A stretch of 64,000 nt of DNA from Octopus bimaculoides. Its lineage: Eukaryota. The position numbers were made by a program, and so were the translations under genes. The DNA lies in NCBI RefSeq assembly GCF_001194135.2, contig NC_068992.1:57090461-57154460 (forward strand), read 5' to 3'. The notes beneath the pieces are model-generated. The model was not told where the DNA came from, did no database searches, and worked only from the letters and a program-made list of their open reading frames with translations. Shown here piece after piece: positions 26,081 to 39,475 of this stretch (position 1 is the stretch's first letter; each line of letters starts with the position of its first letter).

Positions 26081-26756
26081 ATTGTTCTCCCTCGTTAAAG
26101 TGTTCCACGTTGTTCGTATTTATTTAAAATTTGAACAAAGCTGACATATTCCAGCTCAATGACGTAGATATCAAGGGATATCTTCCCATATACATCGATC
26201 TTCTTCAAACACATTCGATAATTGTCCAAAGTAGCATTATTTACGATTTTCAGATATTTGAAATTTTCGTCAGAGGTATTAAGATTTAACTATGGAAACC
26301 GCCATATATATACTTTATCAAAGGAACCACTCGCTAAATCGAAACTAACGTATTATAAAACTGCTTCGCTTCTTTTACATTTTTTTCAATTCGAGATGTC
26401 TTTTTTTTTAAGTTGACACTGATGATGTTTTTGATGTTGTTATTGGTGTTTCTCTTGTCGTACTTGTTCTGATTGTTTTTGTTGTTCTTTTTCGTATTTA
26501 CCTTCAGATTAAACCTGGATCAATACACTTACAATCGATGTGTTTCGTCCATTACCTTCCTGTCTTTTTACAGGGAATTGAATATTAGGTCTACATTATC
26601 CTATATGATGCCTCTCAGATCATTCTTTTTTCAAGACAGTAGAGTTCGATTTGAGAGATAACAGACTGTTATTTCTAACAAATCGGTCGACAACATAGAA
26701 GCTCCCATGTTGGCCCGTATTATAATTGATCCGAACATAAAGACATATTCGTATAT

Positions 26757-27105
<349 letters not shown>

Positions 27106-27547
27106 GTGTATTGACAAAGTAGAAAAATAGAGACGATGGAGTTTCTCCCATAGGAAATTGAAAATTTTAATAGTCTTTATGTATTTAAGGTGCAAAAGTC
27201 CATCAGCAGAAGTAAACAGTCAAGAAATATTATTTTCCCATGCAGTACTTGCCATGTTGAGCATTTTACAGATAGCGACATCACCGTACCTACGTGAGTA
27301 GTAGTGACAGCAATTGGCTATTATAGTAGAAGTAGCCATTCTTCAAGTAGGGTCGTCAGCAGTCGCCGAGGTCATGACGGGGTTGACAGTAAATAGCTCA
27401 CTGTTGGCTGTGTGCAGTCGTGGTAGAACTGCCTGTATTGAAGCTAAAGGTGCCGATGGCAGATCCAGTAATAGGGATCAGCGGCGAAGGCACCGGAAAA
27501 GACAAATGCAATAACAATCGTCCCAGGGGAAGCAACGAATATTGAAC

Positions 27548-27790
27548 CATGTATTCATCTTTTTATTCTTTTACTTGCCTCTGTCATTTGAGTATGGTCA
27601 TACTGGAGCATCGCCTTCGAAGGTCTTAGTTGAACAACTCGACCCTAAGACTATTTTTATGCCTTGTATTTATTCTATCGGTCTCTTTTGCCGAACCACT
27701 ATGTTACTGGGACGCAAACACACCAACACCGGTTGCCACGGGGTGATGGTTGGACAAACACAGGTACAAGGACACATAGAGATAGATATA
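27548..27790 (-). mobile_element. SINE family B, 3' half
   Basis: tattctatcggtctcttttgccgaacc is the reverse complement of the family B block at 9420-9447. Confidence 0.75.
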
Positions 27791-28299
27791 AACATATGTG
27801 TGTTTGAGAGTGTGTTTATGTGCTTTAGTGCGTGTGTGAGTGTGTATATGTGTGTTAGTGTGTGTGTATGTATAATAGTTTAGTGAATCAATATAAGAAT
27901 AGAAACACGAAACTTCATATTAGTAGGCATGATAGCGTGCATATGACTGCATATGACTGCATGTCATATTGCTATAGAATATTCGAAATAGTTTTTGAAA
28001 TAATGCTACTGCACATAGAGATAGGGCAGTAAACACGGTTAAATTAAATATAATAATGACTCTGAGAGGAATCTCATTGGCATGACAGTAACAAGAATAA
28101 TATCAATTATAATTTACCTAATACTAAATATAATGAAAGATGTATATTATGGTATAATCTGCCTCTAGAATTGAATGTATCTTCTAAATTTGCTATGATT
28201 TTATTTCTCTGCATTGGATAAACATTTTCCTAAATCAAGTAGATATCACAAAATTTTTGATTGACAGTTGATGAAGCTATCATAGAAACGCTAGAGTTA

Positions 28300-28520
28300 G
28301 GTTGCAAATTAACATAAGTACCACAGATAATAATAACATTAATAGTGGAGGGAAGAATCTTACTAGTCTAGGTAACAACAACATAAGTAATATTATCTTC
28401 AATAAGACTAAGGAAAATAACGATGATAATTATGTAAAATTTGATAATTATAACACTGAAATAGCAGTAATAGTAACAACAACTATAGCAACGTAATTGA
28501 TAATAATTATAGTACTAGTA
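28300..28520. repeat. Degenerate (AAT/AAC)n low-complexity tract
   Basis: Directly visible. Confidence 0.6.
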
Positions 28521-28659
28521 AGAATGAAGTAGGAAAATGCAAAACACTAATACTAATGTATTAGAAAATAGTGGAATGAAGAAATGCAACTGTAGAAACC
28601 AAGCTGCATTTCCTCTGGAAAATGAGTATCTACATAAGAACGTTATATATATATATATG

Positions 28660-28775
28660 CACAACAGAAACAGGACAGGAAGAGAAAGTTGTGGTGAAAG
28701 AGTACAGTAGGGTTCGCCACCATCCCCTGCCGGAGCCTCGTGGAGCTTTTAGGTGTTTTCGCTCAATAAACACAT
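28660..28775 (-). mobile_element. SINE-like fragment (probably family D, central part)
   Basis: GC-rich block gagaaagttgtggtgaaagagtac..ccggagcctcgtggagc..gctcaataaacac; family link from recall only. Confidence 0.4.
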
Positions 28776-28789
28776 ATAAAAATATTCAA

Positions 28790-28880
28790 AAGTTGATGTT
28801 GAAATTCCAATGAAGTCTTGGATCTTGGTTAGAAACCGGCTCTTTCTCTATTGGCAAGAAATCTTGAAATAAAACTAAGG
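28790..28880 (+). mobile_element. Solo 3' end of the R4/Dong-like LINE
   Basis: gatgttgaaattccaatgaag..ggttagaaaccggctcttt..gcaagaaatcttgaaataaaact is the reverse complement of 37078-37165, downstream of the RLE ORF stop. Confidence 0.7.
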
Positions 28881-28941
28881 ACATACATACATAAATACAA
28901 ACTTACATACGTACATACGCATCGTTTTCTTCATACATACA

Positions 28942-28975
<34 letters not shown>

Positions 28976-29635
28976 CATAATACATAAATACATACAAATA
29001 TCAGCGAAGATATATATTCTTAGATTTATAATGTAATCTACAGGTAGTACCCTAAAGGGACATGAATTTAAATAAATAAAGCATTTACTTAATTATGCAA
29101 TGATACTAATACTTGACAAACAACCTTTCTCGGTATATAAACATTATTCTCAATTCATTAAAATAGACTTCAGCAACTTATACTATACCAATATTGTCAC
29201 GTAGCAGTCAAACTGTATCTATGGTTGCCCTTCACCTTTAAAAGAAGATCAGATTTTATTCAATGATCAAGAATTAATATAGAGAAATTAATTCTTAGTT
29301 ATTTTCCTTCTTTGTTTTTCTTTAACTTTTGGTGGGTTTCTTTTTGTCTTTGGGAGTCGCCTAAAATTTTGCTGCAAAGTGTCTGATGCTTTACGTTAAC
29401 GAAAGGTAAATATCAGTTAGATCTTGGTTTGCCTGCAATATTCAATAAACAATATGTGTGTGTGTGTGTGTGTGTATGTGTGTATGTGTGTGTGTGCGCA
29501 CGTGTGTGTGTATATCTAGATATATATTACATGCAGATATATATATATATGCATGTGCGTGTTTGTATTTTTGTATAGATAGATAGATATATATATACAC
29601 ACATATATAATGAAGATACATACATACATACTTAC

Positions 29636-29679
<44 letters not shown>

Positions 29680-30719
29680 ATATACAAATACATACACAAA
29701 TATAAACGTGTGCAAGATGAAGAATATATATAAGCAAATACATATTCCATATGCACACATTATTTAAAATTATTATAATTAATCCTTATAATTCCTAGAC
29801 ACAAATTCGTTTAAGCAATTTGTTTATCGTCTGTTAACTAATGCAAATGGATCAGAGTAGAAATATAATTGCTGCATATTTCATTTGCTTGACTTCAATT
29901 AACCTGCTTAAGTGAATCGACCAAAGAACGAATCGATCCATCGATATCTCTTCAAAATACTTGACATAAAATTTCAATGTTATTAAGTATTGAGCATTCG
30001 TTTAATGGCTTATAGATGAATGGTATTGATGTTTGCTCTCAGAAAATTAGGTTTAATATTCAAATAATTCCGGAAACATTGCGTACTTAATAAAGACTAA
30101 TAATGATGTTTTTTGACCAATTTCAGTCAGAACTTTTATTTATCTATGACATTGTCTTTGTGTATGTATATATTCGTACGCGCACGCACACATACACATA
30201 CACACGCACACAAACATATGTATGTATGCGTGTATATATATATGCTTGTGTGTGTGTATATATTACTGTATATGTGTATATACATAAAAACATACCCGCA
30301 TATATATATATGCGTTTATATGTTTATCTGTAGATATATATATATATATATANNNNNNNNNNNNNNNNNNNNNNNNNNNNNNNNNNNNNNNNNNNNNNNN
30401 NNNNNNNNNNNNNNNNNNNNNNNNNNNNNNNNNNNNNNNNNNNNNNNNNNNNNNNNNNNNNNNNNNNNNNNNNNNNNNNNNNNNNNNNNNNNNNNNNNNN
30501 NNNNNNNNNNNNNNNNNNNNNNNNNNNNNNNNNNNNNNNNNNNNNNNNNNNNNNNNNNNNNNNNNNNNNNNNNNNNNNNNNNNNNNNNNNNNNNNNNNNN
30601 NNNNNNNNNNNNNNNNNNNNNNNNNNNNNNNNNNNNNNNNNNNNNNNNNNNNNNNNNNNGTGTGCGTGTGTGTGTAAGTGTGTCTGTGTGTTTGTGCATG
30701 TGTGTGTGTGTGTGTGTAT

Positions 30720-31125
<406 letters not shown>

Positions 31126-32027
31126 ATACATATACCTTGTTTGTTTTGTTTCGCAATCACCAGTGATAATCTCACTAATAATAATCTGCTATTTATCTGT
31201 TGCGTTACGTGAAATTAGATTATATTTAGCAAGGTAACTCAAACAGGGATTTAAGCTAATCATGTTAGTTTGTTTCTTGTTCAGTTAGCATTGCAAATAA
31301 TTTTATGTTACGATGACCTAAACGTTTATTCGTTCTAGCAACCTCAACTAATCTATTCATTATCACCCGATTGAATTTTATCTGTCATGGAGCAATACCA
31401 CAAGGTATTGAGCAAGTAAAATAAATCTTTATAATTGATTTTCATGGATTTGATTTTAGAAGACACTGTCCGATTCTTTAAATCATTCGTTAATCACGTT
31501 AGAAACGCAGAATTACATGAGAATCTATGGAACATTTCTAATGTTTATTTCCTTAACAACTTTAATTACTTCATCACCATCCCGTCAGTTACAATAGAAC
31601 CAACGTTGTTATTAAGAATTGAATTAATTGAACGTAAGTGCCAAGGAAACCGCTACAGACAGTTAAATTAAGTAGCTTGTGATATTTTGACATTGTCTTG
31701 TTAAATCGTTTTAAATTCGGAACACGAAAATCCTCTAGTGAAGATTTTCGTACTTTCCTTTTTCTCCTCTTGCTCAAAATTAACAAGTTGAGGATTATCT
31801 AAGTCGAAAGAGCAGTAATGGAGAACCTGTAGTCTGCGAGACATGCCGAATGGCACAGCTAACGAAAAGGGACCTTGATACCTATCTCATGGGGCCCCAC
31901 TTCCTCGAAGTGCTTGCGTTAGAGCTTCCGACTAAAATCCTTACAGTTATTTATTCTGGATCCCTGAGTTCTGGTTTCAAGACTCTTCCAATGGACCGTA
32001 TTACTAAAAAGAACACACATACACACA

Positions 32028-32060
<33 letters not shown>

Positions 32061-32556
32061 NNNNNNNNNNNNNNNNNNNNNNNNNNNNNNNNNNNNNNNN
32101 NNNNNNNNNNNNNNNNNNNNNNNNNNNNNNNNNNNNNNNNNNNNNNNNNNNNNNNNNNNNNNNNNNNNNNNNNNNNNNNNNNNNNNNNNNNNNNNNNNNN
32201 NNNNNNNNNNNNNNNNNNNNNNNNNNNNNNNNNNNNNNNNNNNNNNNNNNNNNNNNNNNNNNNNNNNNNNNNNNNNNNNNNNNNNNNNNNNNNNNNNNNN
32301 NNNNNNNNNNNNNNNNNNNNNNNNNNNNNNNNNNNNNNNNNNNNNNNNNNNNNNNNNNNNNNNNNNNNNNNNNNNNNNNNNNNNNNNNNNNNNNNNNNNN
32401 NNNNNNNNNNNNNNNNNNNNNNNNNNNNNNNNNNNNNNNNNNNNNNNNNNNNNNNNNNNNNNNNNNNNNNNNNNNNNNNNNNNNNNNNNNNNNNNNNNNN
32501 NNNNNNNNNNNNNNNNNNNNNNNNNNNNNNNNNNNNNNNNNNNNNNNNNNNNNNNN

Positions 32557-32619
<63 letters not shown>

Positions 32620-34156
32620 ACAAGGAAGATGATTATAATATTTCTGCTTGCTTTGGATAAAATGATCTTAGCAAATACATAACATCTCACAGCTAATTCA
32701 CTTTGCCTACTTTATAGGTAAGGATGTTCAGAGTTATCTTGCAGGAACAATCCGTCCAACATGAAATTGGCCAGCAGTGGATAGATAACCATAAATAAAC
32801 AAGCAGCGGCCTGTTGAGAGTTTCGGCCCGTTGGCGAGAACTGTATGTAATATATGGAAATTCTTCCTCATCTTGACGAAAACGAACAACAAAATTAAGT
32901 ACAACAAAAACGTGCATTTGTAATTTCCCAAAGGAATCCAGATTTCGAATTGATGTCATTTCTTTTCATTTATGCCTTTAAATGTCTCGGAAGAAGACGA
33001 TAAAAGCTAACTGCCTGTCATTTTCTCCCTAGCTAGGGAATTTGAAGATTTTTGTGATTCCCCACATAGAAAACAATACTGTTTATGGAAACAGTTAGAA
33101 GGTATTTTTTATGTAATGTAGGATTCGTTGGTTTGATCTTTTTAGAGACGTTTAATAAAATTTGTAAAATGTCATCCACATTCCTTTCAACATAAAACGC
33201 CTTGCTTTGATTATATTTACTTTCCAGAGAAAAATATTAGGATATCTGTGTATTTTTGAATACAGACTTACGAAGCGAACACACGTATTTGAAAAAAGAT
33301 TTTCTTAAGATAGTAATTATCTATATATAAAATAACTCTTAGAAAAACAGAACGCGAATATTTGTTTCTGCACTGTATGTAAACGTTTGCATTTAATTTT
33401 ACAAACACAATTATTATAAGGTAATCTGAAAAAGAACTTCTTCTATACGGATTACCTCATAATACGTTTATTCAAAAAGCTTAACGAAAGCGCTTACTCG
33501 CACAACGAAAACTTCCTTCAAAATGTTAAAAGGTTCGTGTCCTTTGTTTATTTGTTTTTTCTAATAATCTCATTTTATGCAAACCCTTCTTCAAATGTGA
33601 CAATAGTATCAAGTAATTTCGCAGAAAATATGTAGAGGTACAGGAGTCGCTGAGTGGTAGAGAAAATATGTAGAGGTACAGGAGTTGTATCCAAACCTCA
33701 TAGTTCCGGATTCAGTTCCACTACATGACACCTTGGGCAAATGTTTTCTATTATAGTCTATTATGTATCCATCTTAGTAACGGTGGAACTCGACGCGAAC
33801 AGAGCTATAAATAATAACTTGTTAATAGTGGGTTTCAAAATCCCTTTGGATAGAACTGGTCAAAGTTATGGATTGGTGCCCAACCGGAAGCCACGAAAGA
33901 CAAGATACTTCAAACAAATTATCGAACACAGAAATACCAATAATTATACATCCAGAATCAATCTTGTGTGTGTGAGTATGTGTGTGCACGCGCGTAGGCG
34001 TGTGTGCAGTGCGTACATCTCCGATACACTCCACTATTTAACATTACCATTTGAACTCAGAACATAAAGAACCGGAAAAAATGCTTTTAAATATTTCGTC
34101 CGACGCGATCAGCAAGCAGCAACAACGAATATTGTCTTCAAAGAGCGAATCCAAAA

Positions 34157-34371
34157 ATTCTTTTCTACTCTAGGGACAAGACCCGAGATTATGGGGGAGA
34201 GGGCCAGTCGATTAGATCGAGCTCAGTACGCAACTGGTACTTAATTTATCGACCCCGAAAGGATTAAAGACATAGTCGACCTCAGCGGAAATTGAACTCA
34301 GAACGTAAAGACAGACGAAATACCGCTAAGTATTTCGCCCGGCGTGCTCACGATTCTCCCACCTCGCCGCC
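34157..34371 (-). mobile_element. SINE family A, full length, tail type 2
   Basis: Reverse complement has A/B boxes and tail ctaatcgactggccctctccccc..tagagtagaaaagaat. Confidence 0.9.
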
Positions 34372-34537
34372 TTAAGAGCGTAGCCAAATATCTAATAGTA
34401 CTTTTTTTTACCAAATTATTGCTTGGAAATCATTCTCAGTGTTGTTGTTGCAATCCAAAATTAGAATATACGTTTATCGTATGGATGATATCAATCCGCG
34501 AAATAATTCATGAAATAATATCTTATGCGATAGCATT

Positions 34538-34742
34538 GCGGCGAGATGGCAGAATCGTTAGCACGCCGGGCGAAATGCTTAGCGATATTTCGCTTGTCTT
34601 CACGTTCTGAGTTCAAATTCCGCTGAGGTCGTCTTTGCTTTTCATTCTTTCGGGGCTGATAAATTAAGTACCACTGGGGTCGATCTAATCGACTGCTCTC
34701 TCCCCCAAAATTTCGGGCCTTGTGCCTAAAGTAGAAAAGAAT
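34538..34742 (+). mobile_element. SINE family A, full length, tail type 2
   Basis: A box TGGCAGAATCG, B box GAGTTCAAATTCC. 18-bp TSD ATATCTTATG(C/G)GATAGCA at 34518-34535 and 34741-34758 (1 mismatch). Confidence 0.92.
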
Positions 34743-34874
34743 ATCTTATGGGATAGCAAGGGATTTGTGATTATTAACACGGTATCTTTCGCTGAATAAG
34801 AAATTCTATAAAAATTGTGCGGGTGCGCATGTATGCACACAACACACACACACACACACACACATACACAAGTG

Positions 34875-34950
<76 letters not shown>

Positions 34951-36201
34951 CAGAGAGAGAGAGAGAGAGAAAAGGAGGAGGAGAGAAAGAGGGGACAGAT
35001 AGGTAGATAGATAGCTATACCGATACTAGACTTATATATATACATCAATATAAATACGCATACCTATATATACATACCTATACATATATGTACATATATA
35101 TATATATATATATACATACAAATGAGAAAGTTGATCTCAGAGTGTAAGGAGCCGAAACAAATACCCGAAGGAATTTTGTCCGGCGCTACTACGGATGTGT
35201 CAAATTCGCCATTTATATAAATTAAATCGTAAACAAAAAGAATGTGATTTCTAAAACTCGACATGCTGGGAATAACAGCCAAATCTCCCTCAGAATTTTC
35301 ATTTTTAAAGGAAAGACAAGATACATTGGACAACGTAGATTCTGACACACAATAATACTACTGGGTGGTTGCGGTTAGAACGCTTTGAGGTCTTAGTCTG
35401 CTCAAGGAGGCCTGACAATGAATTCAATAGTAACAAAAGATATATATTAAACATTATATTGGAGATCAATAACCAAATATTAATAAGTAATTTCAGATTT
35501 CTTGTTCACAATTTTTCGGTTCACTGGGTGTTTTATGTTGGATAACCTTGTATGAAATATTCTAGTGTGTGTTTTTATGCATACAACGTTTTATGGTATT
35601 AATAAGATCAATTATTGTTCATTAACAGTTTTTAATAAAAACTGAATAAGAAATGAGAAGAAAAAGAGTTTTCACTTTTTGCTAATTATGCCTTGTTTTT
35701 CTAGAATAGCAGGAATGGCAAGAGAAGTCTGGTTGTTGATTTCTATTTACTTTTTCATTTCTTTTTTTCTTTTTATATTGTGTTGGAACTGTAAATGAGT
35801 TCCACAAGATTGGTTCGCTGAATATGATGCCTGAATTAAACATTTAAAATTGGTGCAAATTATTCACAAGATTTATTTTGGTGTTCTATGTTGCATTAAA
35901 TGTTAAATCATTGCTGCATACTCTAACGCCCAGCTATATTCAACTACAATTATTGTCGATCAAAGTTTGAAGTAAATACTTACCTAAAATAAGTTCAGTA
36001 ATAGATTGCATCAGTTCCCTCAATGTCTAATTGACACATCTATACTGCCAAATAACTTTTTCAAGATTTTGAATAATATAGAAGAGTGGTACCGAAAGTA
36101 ATGCAAAAGTGATCATAACTTGCCCATAAGGGTGTTCATAAGTCGTTCAAATTGCACTTGTTCTTGTCATTCTTCATTGTATGCCAACAGAATTATACTA
36201 T

Positions 36202-36310
36202 ATTCTTGTCTACTCTAGGCACAAGGCCCGAAATTTCTGGGGAGGAGGCCAATCAATTAGATCGACCCCAGTACGCAACTGGTACTTAATTTATCGACCC
36301 CAAAAGGATA
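36202..36310 (-). mobile_element. SINE family A, 3' half
   Basis: Near-identical to the corresponding part of 34157-34371. Confidence 0.8.
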
Positions 36311-36315
36311 AACAA

Positions 36316-36535
36316 CAGGTGTGGCTGTGTGGTAGGAAGCTTGCTTTCTAACGACGTGGTTCTCGCTTCAAATCCACTGCGTGGCACCTTCGGCAAGTGT
36401 TTTCTACTATAGCCTCCGGCAAACAGTGGACTTCTGAGTGGATTTGGTAGACGGAAACTGAAAGAAGCCTGACGTGTGTGTGTGTGTGCATGTGTGTGTA
36501 TGTCTTTGTGTCGGTGTTTGCCTCCAGCTATCGCT
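36316..36535 (+). mobile_element. SINE family B, 5' part
   Basis: gtggctgtgtggtaggaagc..cactgcgtggcaccttcggcaagtg..gtagacggaaactgaaagaagcc plus (TG)n. Confidence 0.8.
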
Positions 36536-36737
36536 CCCTCAGTTGTAAGCGAGATGAGAGGATCAATAGACATTATATACTATTTGTGTTCAAAATTCTA
36601 AATGCTAAATGTCACTCTTAATTGACTGGAAGAAAACGTTTCATCTTTTTTTTTTTTATGGTGTAATTGTTTTGTTCGTCAATAAAGAGCACGTTCGAAA
36701 CAGTTATAGTGAATCTCAGCCCATCCGCGTTATTGTT

Positions 36738-36772
<35 letters not shown>

Positions 36773-37031
36773 NNNNNNNNNNNNNNNNNNNNNNNNNNNN
36801 NNNNNNNNNNNNNNNNNNNNNNNNNNNNNNNNNNNNNNNNNNNNNNNNNNNNNNNNNNNNNNNNNNNNNNNNNNNNNNNNNNNNNNNNNNNNNNNNNNNN
36901 NNNNNNNNNNNNNNNNNNNNNNNNNNNNNNNNNNNNNNNNNNNNNNNNNNNNNNNNNNNNNNNNNNNNNNNNNNNNNNNNNNNNNNNNNNNNNNNNNNNN
37001 NNNNNNNNNNNNNNNNNNNNNNNNNNNNNNN

Positions 37032-37064
<33 letters not shown>

Positions 37065-37068
<4 letters not shown>

Positions 37069-37497
37069 GTTATTGTTCAGTTTTATTTCAAGATTTCTTG
37101 CTAACAGATAAAGAGCCGGTTTCTAACCTAGATTCAAAGCTTCTTCATTGGAATTTCAACATCGACAACAGGGTATTTTTGTTTGTTTGTATGTATGTAT
37201 GAATGTTTTGCTTTATGTATGTCTTCTCATGCATATAGTTGCATATCTAGACATGCTTACATACATTTAAATGATAAACTTCTGGAAAGTTTTACAGATT
37301 TTCACAGTTCCAGTGATGGAATGGATCTGTAGTCTTAGAATTCGCTTTCTCCTTTCTGGTTTTCAGAAGCTTAATTTTTCAAGACTGGTATTTAGGCAGT
37401 GTGTTACATATCCCAGGGCCCCAAAAGTTACAAGTATAAGCCTGAGCTTGTAATCTGGATAGAGTAACTGCAGATTTCTCAATAGTTCAGCATAGGT
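37065..37497 (-). mobile_element. R4/Dong-like RLE non-LTR retrotransposon, C-terminus and 3' UTR
   Basis: YAELLRNLQLLYPDYKLRLILVTFGALGYV..LQIHSITGTVKICKTFQKFII*; homologous to 46513-47075. Confidence 0.75.
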
Positions 37498-37499
37498 AT

Positions 37500-37554
<55 letters not shown>

Positions 37555-37570
37555 ATGAAAGAAGGAAAGA
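37498..37570. repeat. (GAAA)n microsatellite
   Basis: Directly visible. Confidence 0.95.
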
Positions 37571-38071
37571 TTGAGACAGACAAACACAACGTCCACTATT
37601 TCGTTGTTTAATTTTTAATGCTATTGCAATAGCAGCTGCCAAAGTTTGAGAATATGTTTCTGTAAATTCGAAGGCAAATATATTCTTTGCTTTTTAGTTC
37701 CGTATGGCCAAAAGCAAATTATGTTAGAGTAAATGAATTTCTAATACGATTATTTTTAACACCATCATGACAAAAGTCTATACGTACGATATACTTCTTT
37801 TATGAATTTTTGATATAGGTTCAAGGCCCTCATGTATTCATGTATGTTTAAGCAAAGAGATGAGCTTATATCTTGGAATATTTTACAGTCACAGACATTT
37901 TATGCTCAATTTCTATCAGAGATGCTTTTCTGTTGTATTTTTCGCTGATGGGATAAGGCGGCAAGCTGGTATGATCGTGGAGAACCCCAGAATCGACCTC
38001 CAGATGCAATCGGCTAACATCCTCTGCTAAATAATTGCTGGCATGGCGCCAAAATCTGAAAAAGTTATACA

Positions 38072-38290
38072 GACGGCGAGCTGGCAGAATCGTTAGCACA
38101 CCTGACGAAATGCTTCGTGGTTGTTTCTTTCGGCTTTACGTTCTGAGTTCAAATTCCGCCGAGGTCGACTTTGCTTTTCATCCTCTCGATGTTGATAAAA
38201 TAAGTACTAGCTGAGCACTGTGGTTGATGTCATCGACTATCGTCCTCGTCCAACAAAATGTCGGGCCTCGTGCCAACAAAAGAAAAGATT
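38072..38290 (+). mobile_element. SINE family A
   Basis: gacggcgagctggcagaatcgttagcac..gagttcaaattccgccgaggtcgactttg. Confidence 0.85.
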
Positions 38291-38391
38291 TTTCGCCGTT
38301 GGTAAAACGGGTGAATTTTTTTAAGGCTTTTTTTATTTTGATTAGATTTTACAACGGAAAACATTTATATTTTACATACTGGGTTCAGTGA

Positions 38392-38720
38392 AGGCGCATG
38401 GCTTAGTGGTTAGTGCGTTGGGCTCATAATCATGAGGTAGAGAATTCGATTTCCGGGCTGAGCTATGTATTGTGTTCTTGAGCAAGACACTTTATCTCAC
38501 ATTGCTCCAGTTCACTCAGCTGTAGAAATAAGTCGCGACGTCACTGGTGCCAAGCTGTATCAGCATTTGCCTTTCCCTTGGATAACATCAGTGGCATGAA
38601 GAGGAGAGTCTGGTATGCATGGGCGACTCCTGGTCTTCCACAAACAACCTTGTCCAGACTTGAGCCTTGGAGGGAACTTTCAAGATGCAATCCCATGGTC
38701 ATTCTGTACCGAGGGGGTGT
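38392..38720 (+). mobile_element. tRNA-derived SINE family C
   Basis: A box TGGCTTAGTGG, B-box-like AATTCGATTTCC, then tgtgttcttgagcaagacacttta, a motif typical of SINE central regions; single copy in window. Confidence 0.7.
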
Positions 38721-39029
38721 CTTTACCCTCTTTACTGGGTTCAGTAGAGTACCGGTGTCCATAGACTTCTCAAGTCTTTCGAGACTGATCAGATTGATGC
38801 AATCAACTCTTATCCTACTTAATGCCACAATCGTGCTTTTCCGTAATATTGTGTTAAGAAATTATCGTGGCTTTGAATAAACTCAGTATTCCACTGTACA
38901 GAATATTCGATTACTTACACCTGCTTACTTCACATTTTTTTGTTTACAAACTGTAGCAAATAGGCTCAACGAACATAAGCTTTATTTATAACGGATAATT
39001 ACGCATCATAGTGACGTGAGAAGTTTGTC

Positions 39030-39475
<446 letters not shown>

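Noticed and set aside
27300-27540. GC-rich exon-like block and ORF 27314-27514
   Set aside because: Appears derived from (GTA/GCA)-type low-complexity sequence, with stops in other frames and no splice boundaries.
28258-28267. Perfect PBX-MEIS/PREP decamer TGATTGACAG
   Set aside because: A single isolated 10-mer is not unlikely in about 57 kb on two strands; no supporting cluster.
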